Positions 24,165 to 39,800 are shown, numbered from the stretch's first letter. The stretch: 64,000 nucleotides of DNA from Octopus vulgaris (GCA_951406725.2 OX597820.1:79856001-79920000); one strand, 5' to 3'. Program-made: numbers and translations. The notes: generated from the sequence alone by a model not told the origin.

Positions 24165-26265
24165 GTTACACACACACACAAATACACATATGTATGCACA
24201 TACACATAGAGATACATATATGTATACAAATATATATATGCATGGCGGTTTATTCTTTCAAAATATAGTGGTTTGTAGTTTAACTACTCTTTCTAGCGAG
24301 TCAGTATGTCATGTTACGGCCATCTCTTATGTGTTTAAATGTACACTGTATTTTTATATGAATAACATATAGTCTATTGACTAATTTTTTCTTCTCGCTA
24401 GACCACTGGTAGCAAATAATTTTTCTAAATCTTTTTGCTACCCTAAAATTTATTAATATATATATATATATTCTGTAGCATTTTATACAATTCCTGTGAC
24501 TATAACAGTTTACAAATATTGATGGTGTATTGCATTTAGAAACAGACTGCTCCAAAGTGGTTGCAAGGAAAGGACTCTGATCAACCGACCAACCTAATTT
24601 ATTGTTCAAGCAATCGATTATTTAATGGTTTAAATGGTTAACCAATTGACAAATAACAATAAAGAAGTAACATAAAACCAGCGCGTTAATATTTTTGGCC
24701 TAATGACCCACCCACACCCAAGGTACAACAAAATATGTTTCCACGAATTCCCATCAAGAATCTTGCAAACCAAATGTGAAAAACAAATAGTGAAAACGTT
24801 ATTTAGAATTTACCATTCTTCCAGTTATATAATTCTTCCATTTAAAGAATTATACAAACGTACCATTAAACAGGAAAACACTGAGCCTTCAGGAAAAGAA
24901 GATTGTAGACTGAATTCAGAAAGAAATTGATCTAATGACAAAAGTAGCTATGTCGGATATGGGAACTGTACAAGCGGAAATTCTAGTTAATGAAATATTT
25001 AGATATTTCGGAATGGAAGAGACATTTGTTAAATAATATATACTTACTTTTATACGTACACCGTTTTTACTGACATGACACAACGATATAAATAATATAA
25101 CTAAATTCTCCGCTGAAAGAAATCGCTCTTTCCTTAAAAGAGGATAAACTTCTTTCACTTTTAAAACAATAAATCAGTCCAAAACAAATTACACTTATAT
25201 ATAAAGGGAACAACACTCTTCGTACAATCGAAATATGACAAAAAGGAAAGAAAGAAAGAAAGAAAAAGCCTTACACCGAGGTGAAGAAAGAAAGATTACC
25301 CACACAATAAAATCTACATGAGACTAAAGCAAACATCGAAGAATTCAAAGACAAATAACATGAAATATATACAAGAATAATTAATATATTCATTGAATAT
25401 AATTAATATATTCATAATGATGGATGAAGACGAATATATTGCAATAGTTAAGTATTTAGAAATATATCAGTAAATGAAAAGTCAAACTGAGTAAAATATA
25501 ATTTGGTGATAAACATGCAGATAAGTGCCCCATTTCTTCAGTATTAGATAACTACGATATGATAAAAATTTATAAACGAAAAAATTTTCTCCAACCCGTA
25601 ATATATTCCCATTCAGCAGCAAGTGGTAAATACCGACTTATTTTCGTAATTCGAATCAATCGTTTTGAACGTATCTCATCAACCATCCAATAACAGTCAG
25701 CCTTATATAGAAAGTGTGACCTCCTTAACACTTAGAAGTAAGCATCTGAACGATCAGTCGAGAGCGTTGCATTTGTGAACCTTCAAGTAATGCAGCTGTT
25801 TGTCAACACACACACATACACACACACACGTATCAGTCTCTCTTTCTCTCTCTTGCTCTGTCTTAAAGATAAGAAAATCTTTTCAGTAGTATTTTATGGC
25901 TGCTTAAGTAAGAGTTGAAGAATGATGTTGCAGTTCATAAAGAACAATGTAGTTCGACTTCGTGCATCATCCTAGATGAAAGCTCAGCTTTGCACTTCGA
26001 TGAAAGTTAACTTGCAGAGTACTCACAAAGATATTACTGTTTCGTTTAGTAATGTTCCCGTCTTTCAAGCATCTGGATTCAGTGGTGGCCCCCATAATTT
26101 GGTGCAAAGTTATCGAGACGCTTACAAAATATATCTCTTCTGCAGGCTTTATGCTGTAGGACAAATATCAAATTTGGTGACACTCTATAGCTGCATAGAA
26201 GCAGAATCGATTAATAAATAGATAATGAAGATCAAAAGGTTTAATTCTATACTTCAAACTCATTT

Positions 26266-26312
<47 letters not shown>

Positions 26313-26319
26313 AGGGAGG

Positions 26320-26373
<54 letters not shown>

Positions 26374-26786
26374 TCAGTATCCAGTGAGTTTAGCAATGTT
26401 CAATTACAATGCACCTAGTATTTTCAAAACAAGCGTCGAAGGCAAACATTCGAGATCATTGCTTTATATTTTCGAAAACTAGCATTTTTTCTCATGGACA
26501 ATAGGATAAAATTCTTTTTGGAACGCATTCACTTCTTGTTGTAAAAATAAGAAGAAGAGATAAGAACACTTAAACTAAACGCAATCACAAGGGTATAACA
26601 AAGCATAAAGTTTTCAAAGTTATTCTCTCCTAAGGCTGCATCTGTCTTCAGTGCCACTAATGTAGCATCTCGAAGACCGAAAGCTTCAGAAAAAAATACA
26701 AGTTCAAACAATACGAAATTGCATCTTTCAAAACTTATAGTTCTCAAACTAACTGAGACTCACATGTTTAATGGTAGCATGTATAT

Positions 26787-26871
<85 letters not shown>

Positions 26872-29107
26872 AACACACACACGCACGTACATACACATAC
26901 ACTCACACACGTACACACACACACACCCTACGTGCGCGGTACACATAAAGAAATGCATGTGTATAAATGTATATATTCATATAGAGATATATATTTTTAT
27001 ATATGTGAGTGTGTGTGCGTGTGTATGTGAGCATAATGCTTGTATGTAAGTGTACATACATATATAAATATCATACATACACACACACATATATATATAC
27101 ATCTATATATACACTCACACACATGTATATACTTATATATGTCTATTTATGTATCTCTCTACCTGTATGTATGTGTGTATGTGTGTGTGCATGTGTGAGT
27201 GTGTGTTGTCTGTATGTTAATAGATAGGCTTGGCGAAATGTTTCAGAAGTTTGGTTCAGAACTATGCGATCCCGGTTCAATGCCATAGCGTAGCATCTTG
27301 AGCAAGTATCTTTACCATCGCCTTTGGTGAAACCCTTCCTTAGAACATTGTCAGATGGAGTATACCAGTAACACAAATATTCAGTCTTGACTCAGTTGCT
27401 TCTTTCAGATTGTTACTTGCACTACACATCTACTCACATATGGCTGAAGCATCATTTCGACTTCTTTTTCATGGAGATATGTAAACATCCCCCGTTACAT
27501 GCAAAATAGAAGTTTGTCATTTTTCTCTTTGCCTTTTCTTGAATAAAATTTTCGAGTAAAGATCCGCTCTCTCTTGTAACGTGCGTCTTCCACAATCGTA
27601 TCCTTGTCCTGGAGCTGGCTCGTATTCAGTATAAAACTATGATCTGCGACATGTACAAAAGGTACTATTTAATAGTTGTAGTTGTAGTTGTAGTTGTTAT
27701 TTTTGGTGGTGTTTCTGTTACTCTTTGATCATTTAAGTTAGTATTTCCAACACTGTACTTGCGTTTCTCAAAGTGTAACTCTGTTAGCTTTTCTGTCATT
27801 TTGCTTCACTGTCATATCTGCAAGTCTTCTTGGGGTTTATTTTTGGAGCCGTAAGCATATTCTTGTTAGGCTCACCTGTCTTTCTATTTTTTTCTCTTGC
27901 AACCCTTCGTTATTTTTCTATAGCCTCCATTCGCACTCTAGTCTCGAAAGAGAATGGAGTCCTACAACAGGAATTGGAGCTTTATTCTTGTCAGTTTCTG
28001 AATTCGAGTATGAGACAACTTCTTCAGCCACTTCTGGAGCTTCGATCTGCAAGGCTCACCCAAACTCCATTTTCTCGATGGTAACCAAAACTGTTGACGC
28101 TCATCAAATAATTCTTTTGATATCTATTGTTTTTAATATGGTAAGAGGTGCTCACCAGGCCAATCTATATAATAACACAGGTTCATTCCCAATTGAAATT
28201 AAAGAAAACCATCTATTAATGATCATTAGATGTTATGGCTGACATAATACCGTATTTCCTCTTTTTAAAAATAGGTCTTTTTTCAACACAAACTCTTTTC
28301 CTTTACTCCTGCCTCAAAAGTAAAAATAATGACTTACATGTTTTCTCTGTTCGTTTGTTAGAAATCAGCACACAAAGTAAATCTAATTACCTGCGAAAAC
28401 TTTAACTGCTTGGCATAGGGCCATCATTTGTAAACTAGGGTTAATAATAGAGCAAAACTCTAGTGCTACTTTAAACACTTTGGTACACACATTTACAGTC
28501 CCAGTGCTTCCCAAATTCAACATTCATACCCTTTCATTTCTGGAAAAATATTTATGTAAATTTTGTTTTTCTCTTGCTGAGATAGACCATAAAAATCGCA
28601 GATAACATTGTCTGTAATCATTTCTAACCGCAAGGGAGTTATTAATGTGCGCAGACATGTTTTTAAGAGAGGAAAGTAAAAAGCAGATACATACATATAT
28701 ATAGTTATAGTTAAAAGAATACAATAACATTGTTATCAAATAAATCAGTAAGCTATTGTTTTTAAGCTTTCTAATTGATATTTAACTGAATGGGTTTCAA
28801 TCTAATGCTTTTAATTAATATCGTTTGATGAAAATTCATCTCACGTTGAAACAGTATAACAATATCTTTCATTTATCAAGAGAAGCTTTTTTAATAACGG
28901 AATCAGTAAAGTGACAGACTTAATGATCAAACATTCTGTATTTAAAAGCAGGCTTTTAGTACTTTATTTCACCGTCTCTATACCGCTTTATATTGCGTAA
29001 TGAAACAATTGACTCCTTCAAAAGGTGTATTTTTTATGATTGTGTCGGAAGGCATTATTTATTCTCTATAAAGAAAATATGAGATGCGATGTCCTATAAA
29101 AAAGTTA

Positions 29108-29514
29108 TCTTTATATATAAAAGTGAGGTTGTGTGCTGTCTGTCTCCTACGATTTAGATTCCTAACTACTCCCACATTTTGCGGTGCAGTTTAACCAAAA
29201 CCGGGTATCTTATAGTCGTGATTCATATCGAGCCCTTCTGGGTATTAGCGCGCGTCTACGATGAGTCTACGATGAGTCTACGATTAAAAAAAAATTTACC
29301 ATCAATTTTTCCCATTTTTAATGCATTTTTGGCATATATAAGGGAAGTAACTCTCTAAAAATTTATTATTAATTCTCAGAACGTAAAAAGCTACAGTAAC
29401 ACCCCCCCCTTTGTGGTTAGCCATATTGAGATGGCTATTATACTTTACATCTCTAAAAATGCTTATATAGTTATTTCCCTTACAAACCCGAGCAACGCCG
29501 TGCGATACTGCTAG
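29108..29514 (+). mobile_element. Non-autonomous Helitron
   Basis: A|TCTTTATATATAAA 5' end. GC-rich subterminal hairpin (CCCGAGCAACGCCGTGCG) shortly before the CTAG|T 3' end. No TSD and an A/T target. Confidence 0.8.
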
Positions 29515-31516
29515 TATATTATATACCATTTATTCTATGAGTTAGGATAAAATGTTGAACAATAATTGATTTGCTCTATTGAATATTTTCACATATACCT
29601 TTATTGAAATTCGCTTTATAAGCGTCATACATCTGATATTGGTAAATATGTCTATGAGCTTCAGGGATTTACAAAACTTAATAAACGACATTATATTAAC
29701 AACAGACAATCTAGACTTTAAACACAACACCCGTCTCTCGCTGGCTACCTCTGATTAAGATATGTTACAAAAGCATGAGTAATATGAATCTCACTTGCAA
29801 ACCTAACGAGACAAATTGAAGCAGATTTGAACTGAAGCGCCATTAAACGAACAAATCTTTTTTTCATTCACTTTACAACCATTTTTGTTCTAAAAGGTTA
29901 AGTTCAATTGTCTCTCCCTTTTGTGGATTCGGAGGAGGGGGCGGCGCCAGTGGTTGTAGTGGTGGGAGAGATAAAATAAAGTACCAGTCAAGTACTGGAG
30001 TCGATATAATTGACCTGATCCCCCCCCCCCTTAAAAAATTGCTGGTCATAAAAACCTGCAACGGGCTAGTGTCTCTTCGTGAAATGTTATGATCCCGGTC
30101 ACTTATACGCCACTGAAACTGAATAACCGGTCTTATGAGTCCTAAGGCTCATGAAAAAAAAAAAGGAAAAAAAAAAAAAAAATCTAAACGTGAAAGTAAA
30201 GAGGGAAGACAAATTCTTAAAACAAGGAATATCATTTATTTTGTTAAGAATGTTATCAACAACCTTTCTCTAAACTGCCTGTCGTTTCCAGCACAGCAAT
30301 TTACATAATATTTAAAAAGCATATTAAGTGAGTTTAGCACGTTTTTCATTCCTTTATTTTCCCTTCAGTTGCATAAACGAGAAAATAGTTTTACAAATAT
30401 ACATTTATGTTTCACCTTGTTATTTTGGCTGCGAAAACTAAGTTATTTAAACATTTCTTACGTAATCGAGTGCAACCTTAAGATTACGGGTTCACTTGTT
30501 TAAAATGTGTACATTTCTCCTTGAAATGATAAGATCTATTTTTCGTTTTGCATTGGTTACAGAATTAACGTTCATTTTGTGTATAAAAACAATCTTTTTA
30601 AATATGATCACGGAGTGTTATACATAGATGACCTCTGAATGTCACAGAATTTCCTTACTCTACAATTGTGCTCTCTAGTAGGGCCGTTTATCTGGTTTCC
30701 ATGGCGAAGAAGAGGCCAAAATTACATCTCCTCACAACAGGACACCAGTTCATTCCAGGGTAACTCATTTACACTGGAGTGGACCGGAGCAATGTGAGAT
30801 GAAGTGTTTTGCTCGAGAACACAGCGTATCGCCCGATTCGGAAATCGAAACAACGAATTTGAGATCATGTTCCTTTATGCATCAATCAAATTAATTGTAT
30901 CAGTTACGTTCATTCTTCAGTCCTCTTCGAGTTGGTTTTGATTTTATTTATACATGTTTTACCATGGTTCAAACACTTCAAAAGAATCTTAGAATGAATG
31001 TTGTCTCTAAATTATATAAATTGTAAATAAATTTTGAAGATGTCGCCACTAAGCAGAACTCGGTTTTAGTAGGTGAGCACAAAACAGCACTGGCAAATTC
31101 GAAACCCTCGTGGCTTGTTAATTGCTTTTAAATTATGGCACATGGCTAGTAATTTAGGGGATAAGTCGATTACATCGACCCCAGTACTCAACTGCTACTT
31201 GTTTCATCGACCCCGAAAGGGATAACAGGCGAAATCGACCTCGGTAGAATATGAACTCAGAACATAAAGACAGACGAAATACCGATAAGCATTTTGTCCA
31301 TTGTGCCAGCTTACAGCCTACTCGTGGATTACTCATGAACTTTTATTTCATATCACAATTTTGTAAACAGCAGCAGCATCGGTCACCAGATTCCACTCGT
31401 TTTTTATATTTCTTGTGGCGAAAGATAAGGTAAGTCTCTTGTGTTGAGCTTGAAATTCAGCACAAGTTACTTAGTTCGAAAACCACTGGTTACGCATCGT
31501 GGCTTACATTGGCCGG

Positions 31517-31579
<63 letters not shown>

Positions 31580-32419
31580 CACACACACACAACAACAACA
31601 AAGATGTAGCTGTTCTGCTCTACCTCAACCAGGAAGTGTAGCATAATTAATTGGACAAATATCTGAATCCAATGGCAAGAGACCGTTAACAATTGAAAGC
31701 TGATACAATTACAGTGAACGGTCATTCATCCACAAGGAACTCCTTCACACTTTCGACATGTTTTGTTTGTGATTGTGTTGGGTGTTCAGGTGCCCCTCCC
31801 TCCACCTCTCAACTTGGACGAAGATTGCCAAAGTCAAAATCATAATTCCTTACGTTATTTCTACAATGTTTGAGTAAAATTCGCACCATTATCTTGCATC
31901 GTTTCTTTGTGATTAAATCCTAAACGGAGGCAATGTTGCTTTACATTCTTCCAGGATCGATAAAAGCGAAAATACTATCGAGGTATGCTATGGTTTTAAG
32001 GGGAAGAATTTCGCTTCGGAACCATAAGGTTTAGAGTTCAATCACACGGCATATAATTCAGGATTGGTCGGTATAATTTCCGTCGACCTCGGCGGAATTT
32101 GAACTCGATATTACGATCGTAAGGTCGTGATATCGATTTCCAAGGGCGCGCTGTATCCTTATTTCCCATCGCTCCTGTCCACTCACCTGGCAAAAATAAG
32201 TTGCACACGTAATTCAAAGGGCTATCTTTGTCCCATTCTTTGTCACGCTGAATCTCTCTGTCAACTACTTTAAGAGTACCCATCTCTGTGGAGTGCCCAG
32301 CTCCTTGCACATTAATTTCGTGAGCAGGCTGTTCCGTTGATCGGATCAAGTGGAACATTCATCGTTGCAACCGACGGAGTGCCAGTAATAAATAAATAAA
32401 TAAATATATCTATGTATAA

Positions 32420-32817
32420 TCCTTTCTACTCTAGGCACAAGGCCTGAAATTTTGGGGGAGGGGGCCAGTCGATAAGATCGATCCTGGTACGCAACTGCTA
32501 TATAATTTATCTACCCCGAAAGATGAAAGGCAAAATCAACTTCGGCGGAATTTGAACTCAGAACGTAGCGGCAGACGAAATACCTATTTCTTTACTACCC
32601 ACAAAGGGCTAAACACAGAGAGGACAAACAAGGACAGACAAACGGATTAAGTCGATTACATCGACCCCAATGCGTAACCGGGTCTGAATTTATCGACCCC
32701 GAAAGGATAAAAGGGAAACTCGACTTCGGCGGAATATGAACTCAGATCGTAGCGGTAGACGAAATCCCGCGAAGCATTTCGCCCGGCGTGCTAACGAGTC
32801 TGCCAGCGCGCCGCCTT
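32420..32817 (-). mobile_element. SINE family B copy
   Basis: Collinear with 22693-23087. Confidence 0.85.
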
Positions 32818-32887
32818 TATATGCATGTATAATAAGAATAGATACTTCGTAAAAGAAATTTAAACTAAAATAAATTGTTACATATTC

Positions 32888-33108
32888 TCTTTACTCTTTT
32901 ACTCTTTTACTTGTTACAGTCATTTGACTGTGGCTACGCTGGATCACCGCCTTTAGTCGAGCAAATCGCCCCCAGGACTTATTCTTTGTAAGCGTAGTAC
33001 TTATTCTATCGGTCTCTTTTACCGAACCGCTAAGTTACGGGGACGTAAACACACCAGTATCGGTTGTCAAGCGATGTTGGGGGGACAAACACAGACACAC
33101 AAACATAT

Positions 33109-33198
<90 letters not shown>

Positions 33199-33355
33199 GA
33201 CGGACTTCTTTCAGTTTCCGTCTACCAAATCCACTCACAAGGCTTTAGTTGGCCTGAGGCTATAGGATAAGACACTTGCGCAAGGTGCCACGCAGTGGGA
33301 CTGAACCCGGAAACATGTGGTTTGTAAGCAAGCTACTTACCATCAAGCCAATCCT
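32888..33355 (-). mobile_element. tRNA-derived SINE family A (internal TA/CA microsatellite), representative copy
   Basis: Head GGTAAGTAGCTTGCTTAC..CCACATG..CCGGGTTCAGTCCCACTGCGTGGCACCTTG and tail GACTG.AACAAGTAAAAGAG. Related full or partial copies lie at about 100-365, 8712-8925, 9140-9290, 10381-10540, 11091-11670, 16020-16735, 23393-23812, 33900-34390, 41560-41770, 47895-48258, 49300-49680, 57585-58490 and 62263-63000. Confidence 0.88.
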
Positions 33356-35036
33356 ATATATTTTCGCTGGACACGAACTCGCATAATAATTGTTATTCCT
33401 GTTATTATTATTGCCACTTTATGCATCTTAAATTTTGATGTGGAGATTTACACCGAGAAAGTATCTATTATGACATTTCTGTTGGTTTCTTAATAAATCC
33501 TGGCTTAATTTGTAACAAAATCAGTGCGCGTGTGTATCTGTGTGTGTGCATTTGTCGTATTTGTCTTTATGTGTTTGACACAAAAACGCCAGTCATAACA
33601 AAACTGGCTTTGTGTCAAAATTGTAATTTAGTCAATCGATAAAATAAAGACTAAACACTTAATATGTCGCCCGGTTTAACTTGGCATTTGCAGATCTTTA
33701 GAGGACTTCACTCTATTACTACGATTCGGACCGAGTGTCCAGCTTGAGGATAACTGGATAACCTCATTCTATCAGTCTTGGCTGTAAGCACTGGTCATCC
33801 CAGCCAAACAAAATTGTAAAGAGGATATTACGAAGCTGAAATATAAACTGAGTGTTTTTTCTTGACGTAGTAAAACTCCTTGAAGGTGGTGTTCCTATTT
33901 GGCCGCAATCTAACGAACGATTAAGAAGCGCGCTTTGCAACTACATGGTCTCGGGTTCAGTCTCACTGCACATCCGTCTCGAGCAAGTGTATTCTAGTAT
34001 AACCTCGGGTCGATCAATGCCTTGCAAGAGAATGAGGTACAAGAAAACCGTGTGGAAACACATTGTACACACACGCACACGCACACGCAAGCATACATGC
34101 ACATGCACGCTCACACGCATACGCACGCACACATGCAAACGTACACGCACACATACACACATACACGCACATATATGCACATGTGTGTCTTTGTGATTCT
34201 GTTTGCCTCCACAACTGCTTAACAACCGGTATTTATTTGTTTACGCCCCTGTAACGAAACCGACGGAATAAGTGTCTGGCTTTCAAAAACAAGTACTGGG
34301 AGCGATTTGTTCAACTAAAATCCTTCAAGGTGGTGCCCCAGTATGGCCACAGTCCAATGACTAAAATAAGTAAAAGATAAATGAGAATAAAAGTCGTGGT
34401 TCAATTCTATCTGTCCTTCTCTTTTCACTATCAATGGAGGATACTTAACCGATTTTAAAAATCATTGTTTTTGTTTTCGTTGTTACCCATATAGGCCTTC
34501 ATCCAGCAAACCTTTGATCAAAGTTGAGCCCAATTGTAATCCTTCCGTTGAATGTGTCTCTCCCTTATTCCTATGAAGGTAGGGTGCGAATTTTTAGAGA
34601 AATATAACAACTATTTCTAGCATAACAAAAGGCTTTTTGTTGGTTCGATGTTATTTGATTTATAACGGGAATATGGGCAGTTTCAAACTCTTAATGCCAA
34701 GGAATTGAACCCAAATAACCGTGTTCTGACGTGAAAGCAAGTGAAAACACAATATACCCAATAGACTTGTTAGAGACCCCGTTGAAAAAGAACATAGTGG
34801 AATGTCATTAACGATTTTGTTTCTGGCGCCTATTCTTTTCCAACAGTAGTAGGATGCTGGCAGAATCCTCTTAAATGGTCAAATGACCTAAAAGTGACCT
34901 GTTGTGGTTATAATAGTAGTGATTGGAATTGTTCTGAATAAATTCATAGGTAGTGACTGATCTGAATGCATCGTTTTTAATATTTACGTGGGTATTACTC
35001 TAAGGACCTTGTAATAGTGTCATTTGTGGTGGACGC

Positions 35037-36853
35037 TTTTAAAAGGGGTTTATATTTTGTGATAAAATATGACTCTTTGTTAATGTGCTGACTACAGTTT
35101 GCATCGTCCCTGAATTTATAGAAGGAAAAATTCTGAAGCTGGGTTGTTCATTAGTGGCTCAAATGTCGATATGTTCGCTGAATGTTCGCTGTATTCCTGA
35201 ATTTTGATCTGGGATCTATGTAGAGCCATCCTTTGACGTAGACTGCTTTTGGTTTGGCCTATGTATTGCTCTCGACACCCTGGGTAAATTAATACATATA
35301 TTAGGTGTTCCGAAGCACACGTGAAGTTGTTTTTCACCGTAAAATGTTGACTCTGTTTGAAGAGACCTCCAATCCTGCAATTAGGTTGACGCATATACCA
35401 CAGTTAGGTCTTCTACATTTTTTTTACTGACGGCTTCAGTGTTGTTGCCGAGTGTACTTGGGCTTGTGTTAGGAGACTTTTCATAGATTTGGGTTGTCTT
35501 TTGCTTTTTATGATGGTGTATATTTTGCAGGGTTAAATTAATTCTGTGGTTCCTATTTAGTAGAGGTATGCTCTGGAGGATGGTGCCGAATGCTTCATTG
35601 TTAAGGAGGTTGTGTATGGAGATGTTTGGTAGGGCTTTTGGTTGTAAATCCTTCATGAGTTTGGGATGTCCGAGTTCGTGGATGTTGAGTTGTTGGGCAC
35701 GTTGAAAGCCTATATCAATTATTGATGAAGGGTGGTTCCTGGTAATAAGTGAATCCTTTAGTTCATGTAGTCGTGTGTCCCTGGTGCCTGTATTAGAAAC
35801 TATAGTATAAATCCTTTTTGCTATGTTGAAGGGGATATTCATTCTCGTGTGTCTGGGGTGGCATGAGTTGAACGGTGAGGATATCAAAGAATGGAAGTTG
35901 TTGATGGCTATATTCCATCGTGAACTGAATGTTTACGTCAAGTCCATTTATAAGCGTTTGAAATTCTTTAAGTCACTCTATACTTTCATGCCAAAGATGA
36001 AACAGTCATTCAGATATCTCTTTCAGTTATTTGCTATGTAGAGGGAGAATGGGTTGCCGTATTTTTCGTATTTTTCTAGTACCTTACGATAAAAGCTGAT
36101 TTCTAGATACCTCATGACTAAATTAGCAAGGGAGGGGGCCATTCTCGTACCTATTGTATTCTCCGATTTTTGTCGATAGAAGTTGTCTTTGAAGACTAAG
36201 TAGTTATTCTCAAAAATGAATTTAAAAAAAAATTTTGATGCGATGTTGGAGTTCATTGGCGTAATTCTCTAACCAGAATTGAATTGTCTCTATTCATAGG
36301 TTGTAGGGGATATTACAATAGAGGTTGTCTGCATCGAGGGATACTAGTAGAGTGTTTTTGTTCATTGTTTTAGGGAGGTGATTGCGCATATCTAGGTCAT
36401 CCCTTATGTAGCTTTTGATACGCTTGAAGAATGGTTTTAAGAGGGTATCTAAAAGTTTACTGGGGTGGTGAGTTTCGCATGCGGGGCCTGCTATTACAGG
36501 TCTTAATTTGAGGTCATTAGGAATAGGGACCTTAGTTATTATGTCTGTGGCTATCCAGCATGCGTTACTTATTTCTTCACTTTTGTGCATCTTAGGAATA
36601 TCGTAGAATTGACTGGATTTACTAATGAAGTTAGTCATATAATCGTATTCCTTACCGGTGCGCCCTTCTCTGTATAGGTTCAACATAGTTTTTAGGTTTC
36701 TCATTATTTTCTGCTGACTGTAGTGTTGGACCTTTTCATAGTATGTTATGTCTTCTAATATGGATAATACTAAAGTCGTATAGTATACCACGTCCATTAA
36801 AACAACTACACTCCCTTTATCAGCCTCTTTGATTGTTATTGTTTTATTATATT
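35037..36853 (-). pseudogene. Degenerate, 5'-truncated Penelope-like retroelement ORF (RT + GIY-YIG)
   Basis: The minus strand gives IKEADKGSVVV (DKG), LRPVIAGP, VSLDADNLYCNIP, YRQ...IGTRMAPSLANLVM, RYLNDCF (degenerate YxDD), HPRHTRMNIPF, FTCASEHLIY...QYIGQT..LRQRM..H. Multiple frameshifts and stops. Confidence 0.92.
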
Positions 36854-39800
36854 TTCCTTATACATATCAACTCGTGTGTTCCTTTTCAACCTTCTGCACA
36901 AACACACACACACACACACACGTGACACAACAAAAGTCAATTTCGGCGAAGAAATTCGACGACTATTACAATCTATTATCGTTGCTGACGCATAAACATA
37001 TCTCACGGACATACACGAACAAATTCACTTGGTGGAAATATCTCTTTTCTATCGTTTGTCGCAACAACAGTATTAATAAATATTTTTGTATCTGGACTTC
37101 ACACACATTTTTATTCTGTGAACCAACTAACTATAATGTTGTTTGATTTAGCAAGTGAACACGTTTTCCCGGTTGGTAAGACATATACTTGTGATATTGT
37201 AGACATTAACGTATTTTAGAGCAAAAGATGGATAGGGGAAGATAATTTTCATAGAATATCTTCCTTGGAGCAGGATGTTATGGTACCTTTATTGCTATAC
37301 ATTTATTGACAAGGCGGTTAAAAGACTGGATATTACACATGGCTACGTAGTAGATTAAAGAGTGTCGTCTCCTTCGACTGTAGTAGCCTTCACCCTAGCT
37401 TTCAGAGAAGAAGGCCTAATTCGCAATAAACAAGAACATGTTTACAATATATCCTCAATATCCCCGTTAACGTCAACGGGAACGACATCGGCGTTAATGA
37501 TTGCAGCAGGCGGAAATTTATAATAACATAAACACATAACACGCTTCTGTTCGTACTGTAGATTACAACATAGAGTAATTGAGAACTTGCTTTCCTGTCC
37601 GATTGCCGAGTACAGAAAAATAGTCAATCCTAAAACTGGCATTTTGATTCTATGTTTCCACATTAATCAATGAAACTAATCCGATAAAAACTGTCAGATT
37701 CTTTGAGAGTTCCCTCATGAAAGGGCTCGTTTACTCTTCGTGGTTCAGTCTATATTTAATTTCCTTCACCATAAAATAAATGAAGAAATGACCATAAGAG
37801 AAGTAGCACCAACATTAGTAACAGCGACGACGGCGACTGCAACAGTTTGAAAGCAACGCCAATGATAACCAAATGAATACAAGCGAAAGAAATACATTTG
37901 AACATACCATGATGATAGAATAAGCTGGTACACATACACACATACACAATCATGCACATAGACAGCCACAAATATATATACACACAGACACACTTTAGCA
38001 CAAGCACACACAGACACACTCACGCCCACACACATGCACACGCATACACATACACAAAGAATATTTATTTTTAGATTAACAGACAAGAGTAATTCTTTCT
38101 AAATTTGTCACAAGGCCAGCAATTTTGAGGAGAAGGAGGAGTGGATTACATCGACTCCAGTGCTCAACTGGTATTATTTCATCGATCCAGGAAGGATGAA
38201 AGCAAAGTCGACTTCGATGGAATTTGAATTCAGAAAGAGCCGGAAGAAATACTGCTAAGTATTTTCTCCGTAAACTGTTTTCTATTCTGGATTGATTGAA
38301 ACCTTTTTATACGATTCAGTGTATGCAAAGCAGCGTCCTTGACTTACCTGCAGGGCTCCCGAGAGTATTGAATGGAAGAGAAAAAAATATCTAGAGACCT
38401 AATTTCTTTTAAAGGCACCCACGAGATATACACCGATATTAAACGACGCAATGAATTGTGTCTACGTCAGTTCAAATATTTTTGAAAAGTGTGTGATAAA
38501 CAGGCATAGTTCCAGTTAAGCAAATCACGCGAAGCTAGGTAGTTCCCAGAAAGTTTACACCGACTGTTTAACAGGATTAGTCAATGGGAGCTATTATTAA
38601 AATAGGTTTTTGGAGTGTGTTAAGAAGACAATTAGTTCCTTCAAGAAACTCCCACTATCTATTTATAAATTCTTGAAAGGAAAATTAGGTAGGAGTTAAC
38701 AGGTGTGCATAGTAGAAATATTACAAGCTAGAAAGGTAATTAGAAGGTACTTGAATGGGAAAATAGAACACGCGGGGTGGCGAGAAGTACTATTAACCCA
38801 TTTCTTCTAAGTTAAATAATAAGTTTGTAATACTTGAATTATGAAAAGTAAAGTGTTTTGTGGCAAAGCTAAAAACAAGGAGACGCCACAGTTGCTCTTT
38901 GGTTTCAGATGACAGCAGCACAAACAGGAAAGAGATGATTCTGTGATTTTAAAACCTAATTCAAACGCTTACTGCAAATCTGCTCAAGATGCAAAATAAT
39001 TTCAAAGTATTACCAGAAGGATTAAAATATTGTACTGATGCTCAAAGAACCGATCATTGGAATATGATGGTCTATCCTATAGATTTCGTTTGAATAACTC
39101 GATTTGTCTAAATCGTTCAACGATTACAGAAACGGAAACCTTTGACCTGCGGTCAAATTCCTACTACGTGATAAGCATTTACCTTTGGTGGTGCTGCCAG
39201 ACCCTCACGCACTTATCAGATTCTAAGTAGACACACCGAGAAGAATACTCCTCTTTACGCAATACACTGCATGGTGAGCGGGAGCAGATTGTCTCAATGA
39301 AACTTTTCTGAATTTAAGCCAGTCAAAAGCGCGTGGAGATGGCCTCGTTTTCAGACCCTTGACGCTCAGAATTATAATTAATGCAAATCACAGTTTGCAG
39401 CTCAACCTATACATATGGATTTAATTGTAGATTAGCATCGGTGTCGGACTGTGGCTCCTATTAAATTGTTCGAGGCGTATCAGGTGTATCAGGACTAATA
39501 CAGACAACTGCAAGTGTAACCAGTATAATTCAAAAGATCACCCGCTCCATAAGGGTTTCAGAATGTCCCAGCATCTGATGACCAGAGATGAATTTGTACT
39601 GACTAAAGAGATTTAGTGCGAGATCATCGATAATTATCGGTGGATTATAATTCTTCCCGAGGAACACGTTTATGTAGATTGTCAGATTAACTGAGCCACG
39701 GTTCTAGGCAAATGAGAAATTAAATGGATGTCTGAAAGTCTATCCTCGACTTCAACCATGGAATAATGGAGAGAATGAGCAGAAGTAATGCTCGAGGTTG

